Origin: Microthyrium microscopicum
Lineage: Eukaryota
Direction: 5' to 3'
DNA: 64,000 nucleotides
Assembly: GCA_010405405.1 (NCBI GenBank)
Contig: MU004243.1
Span: 429,340 to 493,339 of the forward strand
Translations under genes and position numbers: made by a program
In this document: positions 37,105 to 50,140 of the stretch, in pieces
Position numbering within the stretch: the stretch's first letter is position 1
How the letters are laid out: the number at the start of each line of letters is the position of its first letter
Notes under the pieces: generated by a model
Told to the model about the DNA's origin: nothing
Seen by the model: only the letters and a program-made list of their open reading frames with translations
Database searches by the model: none

Positions 37105-39268
37105 ATGAACACTCACGATATAGAAAACTCCTTCTCCCCCGTTCGGCCCAAAACTGCACAAACCTTTCTCCTACCTCAGCCTTTTGGGTCCAGCATACGC
37201 ATGGGATTCAAGGAAGCTGCGCCTCGAACCAGCTTGAATGATCTCATATTTACCGGTTTCCATGGTTTCTCAAACAAGGACGACCAACGGGCTTGCAAAG
37301 ACAAATCCCGAACCAGACTGAAGAAAACCATAAAGGGTGTTGTGATGTCTGGTGTTGAGAAGATGACAAGTCACTTTGGATATACACGATCAGCTGTTCA
37401 AGACAGCCGTGCTTCAAGAGCAGGTCGGTCAAGCCGGCGGGGAAAGAGTATAAGTGAAAAGAGAATGTCAACCAGCGGAAGAGTAGAAAAGAGTGGATCT
37501 GGCTTGTGCAATCGGATGGACGTCAAGATGACCAATTCGATATCACGATGCATAGAAAATGCAACAGGTGAAACCTTCGATGGCTCAACACTAGCAACAC
37601 GAATGCCCCTGTCTCCCTCCAACAATCCTCTTCTTCCCCATGACTTTCACCCAACAGCAGGAGCAGGCGCACGTGCCGCTGTACAGCAAGCTGCGACCTT
37701 AAAACTAGGCAATGACCAAACGGATACTTTCTACCCTTTTGGTCAGCACGATTCGCCGATTGAAACTCCAGACAACTACTTGGGAAAGATGAAGGAGCAT
37801 CGCGATGACTCTGTTTACGATGATTACATGGATATTGACGATATCGATGATATCTGTACCCATAGGGAGGTCAAAACATATCCAGGTAGGTCCCAAGTGC
37901 TAATCAGGACATGTAGAGCTCGTAAACTAACTAAATAATTCTGTAGATCCGGCTCCTAAACTTCCATTGGAGATTGTCGACATGATCTTCTCACATCTCG
38001 ATCTCAACTCCCTAGTTTCAGCAAGCCGTGTCTCCTGGACCTGGAATTCGATTGTCGAGAAGAATGCGACGTGGCGATCCTTATACCTCAAGACCTATTC
38101 ACCTCAGCGATATTCCAGAGACGCTCCCAAAACCCAATTACAAATAGGTGGCCGTGGACTTGGTCGGTCTGATCGCTGCCCGCAAGATTTCAAGGCCATG
38201 GCCAAGGCGCGGCGTCAAATAGATCAAAACTGGCAGAAACACAACCCAAAAGCGATATACTTCAATGGACATACGGACAGTGTATATTGTTGTCAATTTG
38301 ACGAAAAGAAAATCATCACCGGCAGTCGAGATAGGACCATTCGAGTGTGGGATATGAATACGCTCAGATGCCTTCGGGTAATAGGATCGCCCGCGAATAA
38401 GCCTACCAAGGCAACTCATCCCCGCCTCGAAGAGCACAAATCTACTGTCCACACTGTCTTTTCTGTTAATGGCACTCGGGAAGGAGACGACATTTATCAT
38501 GTCCCGGCATATTTTCACAACGCTTCGATCCTGTGCTTGCAATATGATGACAAGATTCTGGTTTCAGGTTCTTCAGATACAACTTGTATCGTATGGGATG
38601 TGGATACTTTTGAGCCAATAGCTCGACTGCGTTGCCATACAGCTGGAGTACTGGACATTTGCTTTGACGATACTTTCATTGTATCGTGCTCCAAGGATTG
38701 GAAAATATGCGTATGGTCCCGCAAAACTTATGAGCTTCTGAATGTCCTAGAAGGCCACCGTGGACCAGTCAATGCCGTGCAAATGCGAGGAAAGTACCTC
38801 GTCTCTGCATCTGGTGATGGAAGCGCGAGACTGTGGGACATGGAAACCATGCAGGAAGTCCGACAGTTTGCTTCTGAAGACCGTGGCTTGGCGGCGGTGG
38901 AGTTTAGCGATGATGCCCGTTTCATCCTTGCAGGAGGCAACGACCAGGTCATTTACAAATACGACATTAGCACTACAGAGTGCGTCATGAAGTACGAAGG
39001 TCATGACAACCTCGTCCGCTCGCTCTTTCTGGACAGTCAAAACGGTCGTGTGCTTTCCGGTAGCTACGATCAAGGCATGCGCGTGTATGACTTCCAGACT
39101 GGCGCGGATATGGGCGTCTACAACAATTGGACAACCTCATGGATCCTTGCTGCCAAATCAGATTATCGCCGCATCGTGGCAACGAGCCAGGATGGCCGTG
39201 TGCTCATGATGGACTTTGGTTGGGACGTTGAAAATGCCGAGCTGCTCGCAGATACTGCAGTGCACTAG
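37105..39268 (+). CDS. F-box/WD40 protein, beta-TrCP/FWD-1/Pof11 type, 2 exons
   Basis: F-box LPLEIVDMIFSHLD..VSWTW after intron 37886-37946. WD repeats GHTDSVYCCQFD..TGSRDRTIRVWD, HTAGVLDICFD, GHRGPVNAVQ..SASGD, RGLAAVEF. Confidence 0.9.
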
Positions 39269-39872
39269 AAGCGCACTCCTGATCGAACGCATACTATCGA
39301 CTTCCTACCACCAGAGAGCCTCGCAGAAACTCCCGCCTACCATGAATGGGTCTTTCCTAACTCCACCTATACCTTTTCCCAGTGGCAGGAAGCCCAGGGT
39401 TCCCTTGAATGACGATTCCGGTCACAGCGACTCATCTCACAGAGGTCGAGACTGGTCTCATGATGCAGATGTCGGCTATACTTCGTTTCGATTACTGTAA
39501 TCATCGGCGGTCACTAATTGTTTGAACGACTTGCCAGAGCTCTTGGAGCTAATGTTTTTTTCTTTCTCATGTCTGCATTTTCAGACGGTAATGAATGCAT
39601 AGCGTGTCTGTTTTGTGTTTGGGGTTTCAACTACAGTTGTGTCAGCAAAAGCGGTGTTGGAGTAATACATATTTACACTCCTCAATCATCCCATCGATCT
39701 CTTATGTACATAGTTTCTAGCATTACTAGCGACCATTGTTTTTGCAGCGGGCTTTAATGTTTGGACTTGATGCTTGATATCCAAAAAATGAGATTTGTTC
39801 ATTATGGTAGAAAATCTCCATCATCTATTACCATACATTGTGATTTCTCTTTCTCCCTCTCCATTAAATCAT

Positions 39873-41143
39873 CTAATACCCATCATCCTCCCCCTCCTCC
39901 ATGGGCGGCCATACCCTATTCCCTGCAATCCACGTCTGCTTCACGTTCCCTTCATCATCCAACACCACGAAATCCGCCCTCCTTCCTTCCTCCAATTTGC
40001 CCCGATCCGTCAAACCCATGAAATCAGCTACATTCTCGGTCGCTGCCCTTATCGCGCTGGCAATATCTCCGCCTGTCCAGGAAGCCATGTTGCGTACGCA
40101 TGTATCTACGTGGACACAACTACCCACTAACGTCTCTGTGCCCTTTAGCACGATCCGCCCATCCTTCTTCTCCTGCGCACCCTTGATCTGTGCGTTGCCT
40201 GGATATGTGCCGTCTGGCAGACCGGCGAGTTCTATGCTATCGCTTACTAGCATTGCGCGCTTTGGTGCGGCGTTGAGGAGCAGTGCGGCGGTGCGTGGGT
40301 GCAAGTGTGCGCCATCTGCTAGCAGCGCGAAGTACGGTGGTGGGGGACCGTGGTTTACGGGCAGTGATATTAGGCCCGCTGGACCGGGTGCGCGGGACGA
40401 TAGCGTGGGCACGCAGTTGAGTGTGTGGGTGAGGCCTGTTGCGCCGGCGGATAGGGCGGCGAGCGCAGAGTCGTAGGAGGCGGATGTATGGCCGAGGGAG
40501 ACTTTGATGTTGGTGGAGACGAGGGTGCGGATGAGGGAGGGTGCGGAGGGGAGATCTGGGGCGAGGGTGATGTGCTTTATGCTGCTGTTTGATGTTGCGT
40601 GGGCACCGAATATGCTGGTGGGAGAGGTGGTTGCGGGTTGGAAGAGGGATGGGTTGTGGGCGCCGGCTTTGGAGGGGTGGAGGTACGGTCCTTCGAGGTG
40701 TGCGCCGAGGAGGGATGCGCCGGTGGGGAAGGTTTTTGGTTTGAGGGAGGGGAGGATCTGGTAGTGTTGGGTTGGTGATTATGAGAGCTGGAAAGAGGGA
40801 GCGGTACCTTTGTGTAGAGAGATTGTTCGACGGTGGGGATAGTGGCCCAAAAGCTGGTGATGCCGTGGGAGGGGAAGAAGGCTGCGAGACTTTCTAGAGA
40901 TGCGGCGTATTGTGCATCGTCACTATAGCTTGTAAAGTGGAAGCCATTGGAGCCGTTGGTGTGTAGCTCGAGGAAACCGGGTGCGATTATTGCATCGTCG
41001 AGATCTTCGATTTCGCCGCCAATGTAGCCTGTAGAGGGCAGGATGAGGCCGTCATCCTGTGAGACGACCAGCCGTTCACCTTCGACGAGCTCGCCGTTGA
41101 TACAGAGGCGACAATTGGTAAATGTGGTGAAAAGGTTACCCAT
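39873..41143 (-). CDS. N-acetylglucosamine-6-phosphate deacetylase (NagA/Dac1 family), 2 exons
   Basis: APGFLELHTNG, GAHLEGPYL, SLGHT, LTHTLN, ADGAHLHP, VSDSI, GKLEEGRRADFVVLD. Confidence 0.88.
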
Positions 41144-42902
41144 TGTCTAGGCAAGTAGATGGTGGATGAAGTTGGGCTGGCGGCACGAGCCGCAGAAGAG
41201 AGATCTCGTCACGGCATATCTTGACTAGGATGGTAAGCCGGCGCGGAAGGGGAGCCGGATACGGGCTTCGTTTGACATGATTCCTTGTTAGGTGAGATAT
41301 TAAATCTACTGGGGATGATACATCATTCTTGAATGGATGTGACGATAGGCCTTTCAAAAAATCATGAGATTCGAAGCAGGTAGTAGGTGGTCGTCTTTTG
41401 ACTTCACCCAAGATTTGGAGTTGACATTTGGTGAAGAGTAAACAATGAATAATTAGCGCTCAGCCATCCGATGAGGTCTCTATGATCAAGTGCTTTATTT
41501 TCATGAAAATGCGCACAGTAAACTTTGCAGTCTGATAGAAAACAAAGCTATCGTAGAGTCAGATCGTAAAAATTGGCAAAATTTTCTAGCATTTTGTGTA
41601 GGTTTGGTTGATCGATATAAAGGTAAAGGGGCAAACAATACTAGTAGATAACTTAGCCGAAGAGAAAAGAAATAAACGAAATGCTCCCATCAGCTTGAAC
41701 GGCGGCCTCGTCAATGTTTGTATCAATTACTCAATGCAAGCTTTCGATAATAGTTTTACTTTTCTTCGCCGCGCAATGGTCAAGTAGTAAACAAAAGAGT
41801 TCAGGGGTAATATTAGATCGCCGGGACTTGATGAATGCAGCAATTTCATCCTTTAACAGTCATTATACCCACTAAAGGTCAAGAAATCAACCAGTCTGCT
41901 TACCTCAGTCATCACTGTACTTACACTTACTTCGCACATAAGTCCCATGTCAGAGGCGGCAGAATCCATTACGATCAAGGGCTTTGAAGCCACGGCGTCA
42001 ATCGAGATGTTCTCTGCCCTTTGCGTACCTAGAGTATGTTGCCTATTGGTTCAGAATTCGCATTCTCGCTTAGGTTTAACGAGAAAAGGGAAGCTTTTGA
42101 CAAGCCTTTTGCACCAGATCTGACGGTGTATCGTAGCGTGCGCAGCTCCCAGCAAGCTGGAATCAGATCATTTCTTAAGCCACGTTCATTCCACGTTCCA
42201 CCCACGTGCCGGTGGAGCCAATCAACACGCACGGTACAGTCTGTGCCTGTCAGCCTTATGGGTCTATCAAAAGAAGCAAGTCCAACATTGAATCTTTTTT
42301 TCTCCCAAAATTGTCTCACCATCTCCTAAACCCTGGCTTCGTGATCTCCAGTCCTCAAACTCTGTCTAACTCACCAGCTTGTAGACAGCATAGAGTTGTT
42401 TGCAGCTTTGGTCTAATTTGCTACATTTACACATTTGGGTCATGGTCTGGCTAGGTAATAGTTCGCGCCTCAACGTAGCGACAATTCGCGCACTCAGTGC
42501 TAGATTCAAACAATAGTCACATGTCCTTTTTGAACCCAATGTCAACAGCACAGCAAAAGTGGCTAGCTCAAAAGTTTTACAACCCCAGATTGTGAACATG
42601 GCCTAGACTTTCGAACAAATAAAGTAGGTATCCAATACCGATACTTTCTAATGTTTGTGCCCCTGAAGCCTCTTTCGGGCTTACCGATATAATGGCTGTT
42701 TTTCACAAACCGATGTGTCTTCAAAATCAAGTGTCTATCCCTCTCTGTTAACTGTTGTACGTCTAATCGACCTTTCTTCATTCCATCACATTCATTTAAA
42801 GTTATGCTTCATCATATTTGCTTGTGATTTTGCTATTACCATTTCGGACATTATATTACTTCACTCACTTGAATATTCCATTTGTCATTCATTTAGTACA
42901 AC

Positions 42903-45900
42903 ATGAAAATCTTCGTGTCCTCACTCTTTTTGGTCCTTCTTGGACCTGGTGCTTTAGCAAAAACCGTAGTCTCTACAAACGGAAAGTGCGGCACTGGTAT
43001 TACCTGCATTGGGAGTTATTATGGAAATTGCTGTAGTCAATGGGTTAGCAACATCTCACTCCACATCAAATACTGAACACTCCTAATATGATATAGAATT
43101 GGTGCGGCTCCACTGACGACTTTTGTGGTGCTGGATGCTTATCCGCGTTCGGTTCATGCTCGTCGTCTCTGTCATCCACTAAGGCGTCAACGCTTTCTAC
43201 TTTGAAAGGATCCAGTTCCTTGGTCCCATCAAAAGCTACCACTTCAGCGAAGGTATCGTCGAAAGCTGCAACATCATCCGGCATCTCTTCAACAGGCTCA
43301 ACAGCGAGCTGTGGATTAGTTGGCTATGATAGTCAAAACCCTTCATCATACGATTATGATGGCACTGCAGCTGATGCGACTCTTGCTGCATGCGGTTCTC
43401 GCTGTCAGAAGTCTAGCACATGCTTGAGTTTTGCCTTTGGCTCTTCAGCGTGTCTGTTGTATACCAAAGTTGTAGCCAACAACATCAAGTTGGATTCAGC
43501 CAGTCCGTACACTTTTTATGATGTTTCTTGTTTGAGCAAGGCGTCAAGCATTGCACCTTCAAGCACTTCCAGTAACGTGGCTCCGAGCAGCTCGAGCAAA
43601 GGTTCATCTTCATCACAAGTCTTGGTAACCACAAGCTCGACAAAAACAACATCTTCATCAAAGGTCTCAACAACCGCAAGCTCGACCAAGACAACATCTT
43701 CAGTGTTCTCATCCAAAGTTTCGTCCTTGTCTTCCGCATCTACTGCCAGCTCAGCAAGGTAAGTTGGTAACATCTACAAAACGCTTGCATATCATACGGT
43801 GCTATATCTAATACTAGCGATCACAATAGTCCTTCTCCTTCCACTATGTCGTGCGGCCTAATCGGATACGATCTACTCAAGCCCGCATCCTTTTCATACA
43901 ACGCAAAAGCCTCTCTGGCGACACTTCCAGCCTGCAGTGCACTATGCAAAGCAACTAGCGGATGCTTGTCCTTCGCATTCGGATCCGGAATATGCGATCT
44001 CTACAAAGCTGTCGTTGCTGGAAACTTCAAAGCGAATCCTTCGTCTCCCTACGCCTTTTATGATCTTATATGTCCAACCAGCTCTGCTATCAGCAGCTCC
44101 TCCCTGATACTGAGCTCGACAGCTTCATCGTCCATCTCAAGTGTTGTGTCGTCGTCTAGCCCTACAAGCTCATCAATCACAAGCACTATGTCTACCGATA
44201 TGAGCTCGTTCACCTCTAGCGCTTCTGTATCTGCCTCTTGCGTTCCAGTATGCCCAATGGGTAGCGTGTCGGTCGCCAGCTGCGACAATCTGCAAGATCA
44301 AGGCAAGTGCGTTAACGGGCAGGTCGTCAGTTGCGCTTGCGTTTTAAAGTCTCGTTTGAGAAAGCGCCAGTCTTGTCAAGTGCGACTTAACCCTGTTCAA
44401 TGTCAAGCTGCGAGTCCAAGTACTAGCAGCTCGATGCTATCAACCTCCTCAACGTTGCCAAGCTCCTCGACATTGTCAGACTCCTCAATTTCATCGACTA
44501 CATCGACGCTTACTAGCTCAGCATCAGCATTAGCTGCTTCTTGCACTCCTGATTGTCCATTAGGAAGTGTGACATCCATCACCTGCCTAAATGGTCAGGA
44601 TCAAGGGAAATGTTATAACGGACAAGTTATCACCTGTAGTTGCTCGAACTTGCCAACAACCAACAAAAAGCGAGCTCCTCTCTTGGCTTATTGCTCCTAT
44701 ACTCTCAGCCCTGCTCAATGTGTTCCCAGCAGTTCAAGCATTAGCTCTTCCCCTCCACCTGCTTCGTCTTCTGATATAAGCTCATCACTTGAAAGCTCTT
44801 CAATAGCTACGACGGCATCAGCGCTTTCCGGCAGTCCAGCATCCACAGTTTCCAGCAGCTCGGCTTCATTATCAGCAACCTCCTCTTGTATACCCGAATG
44901 TCCCTTAGGTAATGTGGATTCAATCAACTGCGACAACAATCAAGATCAAGGGAAATGTTATGATGGACAAATCATCAACTGCAGCTGTCAGCCTTTGCCG
45001 ACAGCTGCCAAAAAGCGAGCACCTATCCCGTATGGAGTAACTTGCTCCTATACTCTCGGCCCAGCTCAGTGTGCTGTCAGCAGTTCAAGTGTTTCCAGTT
45101 CATGGTCGGAAAGCTCTTCAACTGATGCAAGCACATCAACCGCCTCCAGTAGTACTGCTTCAACAACTTCCAGCAGTGCACCATCGATATCGTCCAGCAG
45201 CCCAACATCCACAGTCTCAAGTATTTCAGCCTCATCAACCTCATCAACCTCAGCATCTTGTACACCGAGCTGTCCCTTGGGCGTTGTAGGTACGCTCTCG
45301 CCGGATTGCATCAACAACCAAGACGACGGAAAATGTTGGAATGGACAAATCGTCAATTGCGGCACCTGTCAAGCAATAGCTACTAGTATACCCAGCAAGC
45401 GTTCAGCATTACTCCTGGTATATTCGCCGTCAACCTGCTCATATACTCTCACTCCTATACCTTGCCTGGTTAGCAATTCGTCCAGTACCATCTCTGTGTC
45501 TTCTTCATCAAGCGATATACTAGGCTCCAGCACCACATCTGTGTCAGCGTCTCAAACTGGGTCGGCCAGTTCCTCTGACATTGCCAGCTCGAGCAGTCTT
45601 AGTACGGCATCCTTGACCCAGAGTTCAACCGTGTCGTCAGCAGTTCCGTCCGCTTCATGTACTGCAGACTGTCCAAATGGCAGTGTCGACTCTGTTAGCT
45701 GCCCTGACGATACTGGAAAATGCTACAATGGCGAAACCATCGTGTGTAGCTGTATAGCGACCGACAAACGGAAACGAAGTCTATATTCAGAACCACTGGC
45801 TTGTTCATACACCCTCAATCCTGCGGTATGTGTGAGCAGTTCCTCAGCTGCAATCTTGAGCAGCTCCAGCGATACGCCTAGTATACCATCGACCGCCACC

Positions 45901-47913
45901 AGTTACATGATTACAACCTCCCCCAGCATGTCATTTTCCCAGTCTGCTTCCCCAAGCACTTCGGCGTCGAGCACTGCATGCGCACCATATACTGTCTATG
46001 CGGAAGATACCCTCCCCGATGGCGCAGTCATTACCCAAGGAGTAGCACTCAGTGCTGAAGAATGTTATACAGAATACTGCGCTTCCGATCCACAATGCAC
46101 AAGCTTCGTATTTTCAGCCAGTATCTTCCCAGGCAACCAATATTGCCTAACTTTTCACCTGATAGCTGGTTCTGTGAGTGGCAATCCCGAAGCTGGCGCA
46201 GACTACTACTCAGTGAATAACTGCCCTTCTTCCGCTACCAACAGTGGCTCTCCTATGCCGTCCGCTCCGTCTAGCAGCTCTTCATATGTACTCAGTCCAC
46301 CAAGCAGTATGTCAAGCAGTATGTCAAGCAGTATGTCAAGCAGTATGTCAAGCAGTATGTCAAGCAGTATGTCAAGCAGTATGTCAAGCAGTGTTCCAAG
46401 CATTATCTCTGGCTCTGTCACATCATCTGCAATGTCGCAAGCGTCGAGCTCTGCTTGTATAGCATCATATAACCTCTATTCGACAGACTACGTTCCCAAC
46501 GGCAGTCTCTCCATCTTTGACAATGGTCCTGCCGGCAGCGTTAATGACTGTTTCAACACATATTGCGCTTCCGACTCACGGTGCACAAGCTTTGTGTTTT
46601 CAGCCTCCTCCGATAATTGCTGGGTGTATAACTTGGTACCTGGTGTTGATGGAGGCAGTACTGCTACTGGCTTCGACTATTATGCGGCAACTACATGCCC
46701 TCTTTCCTCCAATATTATTGCTTCGGCTATCAGCAGTACTTCCTCAGACAGCGCGACCACCAGCAGTGGTTCTCTTACGCTATCATCTCCGCTTAGCAGC
46801 TCTTCGGTCATTAGCAGCGTTACAATCAGCTCTGCTGCTGTAGTCAGTTCTTCAAGCTCTAGCAGCGCCCCAAACAGTATCTCTAGCTCTGCCACATCTT
46901 CTGCGTTACCATCAGCATCGGCCTGCGTGGTCTCGTATAGCCTTTACCTGAGCAATTTCCAACCAAGTACAGTTCCTTCCAGCATTATCAATTACGAAAG
47001 CGCCAACAGCGTTGATGATTGCTATTCTACCCGGTGCGCCCCTGACACAAGATGCAAAAGCTTCCTATACTCAAGTGATTTCGGATATTGCTGGATCATT
47101 GGCGCCGCCGCCACTTCCTCAGGCTCCCCATGGACGGGTTATTCTCTTTATGCCGTCAACAGTTGTCCTGTCATCTCCCCCAGCTTAAGCAGTTCCGCTG
47201 CTGGCACAAGCAGCATAGTTTTCATCAACTCTTTTATGTCGTCTACAGTTTCCGGCACTCCTTTGGTTACAAGTAGTTCCTTGAGCAGTTCCACGGATAT
47301 AGTCAGCTCATCATCAAGTCCCAGCAGCATTAGCCTGGTTCCAGTGGTCTCGCCCGTCAGTACATCTAGCGCTCCTATATATTCGTTGTCGTCCAGTGTG
47401 ATGACTTGGTCAGAGTCTTCATTTGCAACTAGCACTAGTTCACTCTTATCATCGTCAACTATCACCACCAGCTCGTCACTGTCGTCATCCATTTCGTCAT
47501 CATCATCTAACGCACTATCATCTTCCCTTCTCGCCACATCTTCATCAAGCAGCGCTGCCGCGGCAGCCTCTCCAGTCTGTCCAGCTGCTTGTCCCTCAGT
47601 CGTCAGTGCGCCAGCTTGCAATGCCAATGATGGCGCATGCACTGGCTCAGGTACAAGTACAAGCCTAAGGTACTTCAAGACCTATTGCCAGTATGCATTA
47701 ACTGGCACTTTGTTGCAGACTTACAATTCTGTATCAGATTCGGCTTGTCTTACGCTTTGTAGGGGCACAATGAATTGCAGTGGCGCCGACGTATCAGGTA
47801 CTTCCTGCAAGTTATACAATACCATCGGTCTGAAGTTGGTGCCGTCATCTGGCAGTCAATCGATGGTCTTAGTGGGTGCTGCCTCGACTGGGTCGCTCTG
47901 CGCTCCTCTTTGA
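42903..47913 (+). CDS. Very large secreted Ser/Thr-rich protein: hevein/CBM18 domain, PAN/Apple-like modules and five unrecognised 8-Cys repeats, 3 exons
   Basis: Signal peptide MKIFVSSLFLVLLGPGALA. Hevein motif NGKCG..C..GNCCSQW/NWCGSTDDFCGAGCLSAFGSC. Apple-like CxxxC..CxSF..C modules. Main 1355-aa ORF at 43846-47913. Confidence 0.85.
46301..46392 (+). repeat. Perfect 12-bp tandem repeat (CAAGCAGTATGT) x7.7 encoding (SSMS)n
   Basis: Seen directly; the copies are identical. Confidence 0.95.
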
Positions 47914-48191
47914 TAAGTAGATATAAAATACATAGGATGAAGATCTTGTTCTGATTTCATCATTCTGTCCCTCAGTGTCTTGTTAGCATGAGGCCTAAAA
48001 TTATAGTTCTCGAGGTTGATTGCTTTCCTTGCGTTACTTTCGTATAGTGCTCCCGATCATCCTGACAGGTGTATTTTGCCAAAGTATTCCCGGTTGCTAG
48101 GTTGTTTCTAACTTTCGAATCCCAGACTTCAAGTAAGCCTTGGATTAGCTTTTTGTTTAACTCAATACTCTCCGATTGCTGGTTCTATTTT

Positions 48192-49121
48192 CTAAACGTC
48201 TAGATGCTCTCTCAAGAAAGCCTCCAAGTCTTGTGGTTTGACACTAAGATATTTCCCATTCTGCAAGTCCTTCATATTCCACACACCAGTAACGCAATTC
48301 GCATGGAAAAGACACCGGTGCCATTCCCAAAATCCCGCCCTTCCGAGCTTCTGTTTCCCTTCCGCTGCACGTCGATATAGCTCATCAACAGATCCCAACT
48401 TTTTCACCTCGACTTCTCTGCTAGTGACACGTTCATAAGTCGCCCTCAAACCATTCAAACTCGTCTCAAAAGAACACAAGTTTACAAAACCTCCCTCCTC
48501 CGCATCATCGGCAGTGACAACCTCGACGCCCCAAGCACCAGCATCGCGCTCCGTAGTAAACTGCCAAACCTCATCGCCAGTGCCCCAAATCTCCATAGAG
48601 CGCGGAGTGGTCGTTGGATCCCAGACGCCATTATACTCCGGCGAGAAACCCACCTGTCCACCCGCCCCAAAGAAAACCTCAGCCAACATACCACTGAAAA
48701 TATGCAGCGGTTTGATACTCGAAGTAATCGATGCTTGCGCATGAAACATTATTGCCGCATCATACACAGGCTCCGACTGAAACGGGATCTTTCGCCAGTC
48801 ATAGTTCCAACCAGCTGCCAAGAAGCGCTTAACGCCAGCTCGCTCCGCGGCGCGCAGAAGGAGGAGTTGCCCGTCGAGATGGAGTTCCGGGAGGCCAGCG
48901 TAGGCGCAGATGATGGCGTCGACGTTGGTGCAGGCAAGGTCGAGGGAGGGGATATCGTAGTAATTAGCACTTTCGACGAAGGATTCAAGACGGGATGTGA
49001 TGGATGGGGATAGTTTGGATGGAGTGCGTCCTAGACCGCGGACTTGATGGCCGGTTTGCAGGGCGTGGTGAACAGCATGTTGGCCGATGTTGCCTGTTAT
49101 TCCGACGATGAGGATGAGCAT
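48192..49121 (-). CDS. NmrA-like NAD(P)-binding oxidoreductase
   Basis: MLILIVGITGNIG (Rossmann GxTGxxG), GQLLLLRAAERAGVKRF, WGTGDEVWQFTTERD. Confidence 0.85.
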   Translation of the reverse strand: MLILIVGITGNIGQHAVHHALQTGHQVRGLGRTPSKLSPSITSRLESFVESANYYDIPSLDLACTNVDAIICAYAGLPELHLDGQLLLLRAAERAGVKRFLAAGWNYDWRKIPFQSEPVYDAAIMFHAQASITSSIKPLHIFSGMLAEVFFGAGGQVGFSPEYNGVWDPTTTPRSMEIWGTGDEVWQFTTERDAGAWGVEVVTADDAEEGGFVNLCSFETSLNGLRATYERVTSREVEVKKLGSVDELYRRAAEGKQKLGRAGFWEWHRCLFHANCVTGVWNMKDLQNGKYLSVKPQDLEAFLREHLDV

Positions 49122-50140
49122 TTTGGATGTATGGTTCCAAGATTCGTGAGAAAGATTTATTCTAAAATCGGTATATCTGAAGCAGAGATTCACAACTGCT
49201 CAACGTTTGCGGCTGACATCGTTTAAATATCTAGCTACCAGGTAATTGATTATTATGATTCATTTTTGACCTAACCATTTTGGACTACCATGGCCTGGGT
49301 AGTAATCAAAATCTGCCATTTCAATTACAGTTTTGCACAATTGACGGTATGAAGAATGAAGATACGTGGACCCAAATCAACTGAGGAGTGGAACCGCCAG
49401 TGGCCAGATACAGAATACTCGGCTATAGTATGTGTGTTAAGCCTGCTGTAGGACATGGCTCAAGTGTGGTGCCGATGAAATGTCCCTAAGATTTGATGCA
49501 CGAGAAATGCTCGTTACATTGTACAACATTTCGCCAGCAGTTCCATGAAGAATTACGAAACGACGCGGAAGCAAAGCATGCTCTTAAATGATCAACGAAG
49601 TTGACGCGTCGCGTTTGGTGGGTGTGGTGATAGACTAGGTACTAAGGTCCAGACCTGTGGACAAAGATCTGGGGAAATCGATGATGAAAGCCCAGGAAGG
49701 TCACCGCATTGGGCAGTTTACGGTACCAAGAAATCGATAGCTTGGTAAGAACCCTTGTCGCGCCCAGGAGCAGCCTTGTTTAGAAGATTTCCTAATTGGT
49801 AAATTGGTGGAGTTGTTGGTGGTTGGGATTTGGTGTTTTGGTGGGAGCTTTCGTAGCACCGACGTCATCGTGCAGCTACAGTTCAGCCTCTTGCTCCTTG
49901 GATCTTTGATGCCATCCACATGCATGCCAGTCTAGGCGAGCGACAGCAAGGTTACTAACCAGTTCATAGCACTGCATACCTTTTACATCATTTCCTTCCA
50001 TCAAGGTGCTTGTCACTTGAAGCTGGCAAATAACTTCGTAGCTGTGAAAGCTATCCTCATCCCCACATCCACCGCTTCAGCATTCCTCCCATTGTCTTCT
50101 GCCTTGTCTGTGGCTCATCTTACCCTCCATAGCAAGCAAA

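Noticed and set aside
41200..42850. Short ORFs between nagA and the CBM18 gene
   Set aside because: No motif recognised; treated as intergenic.
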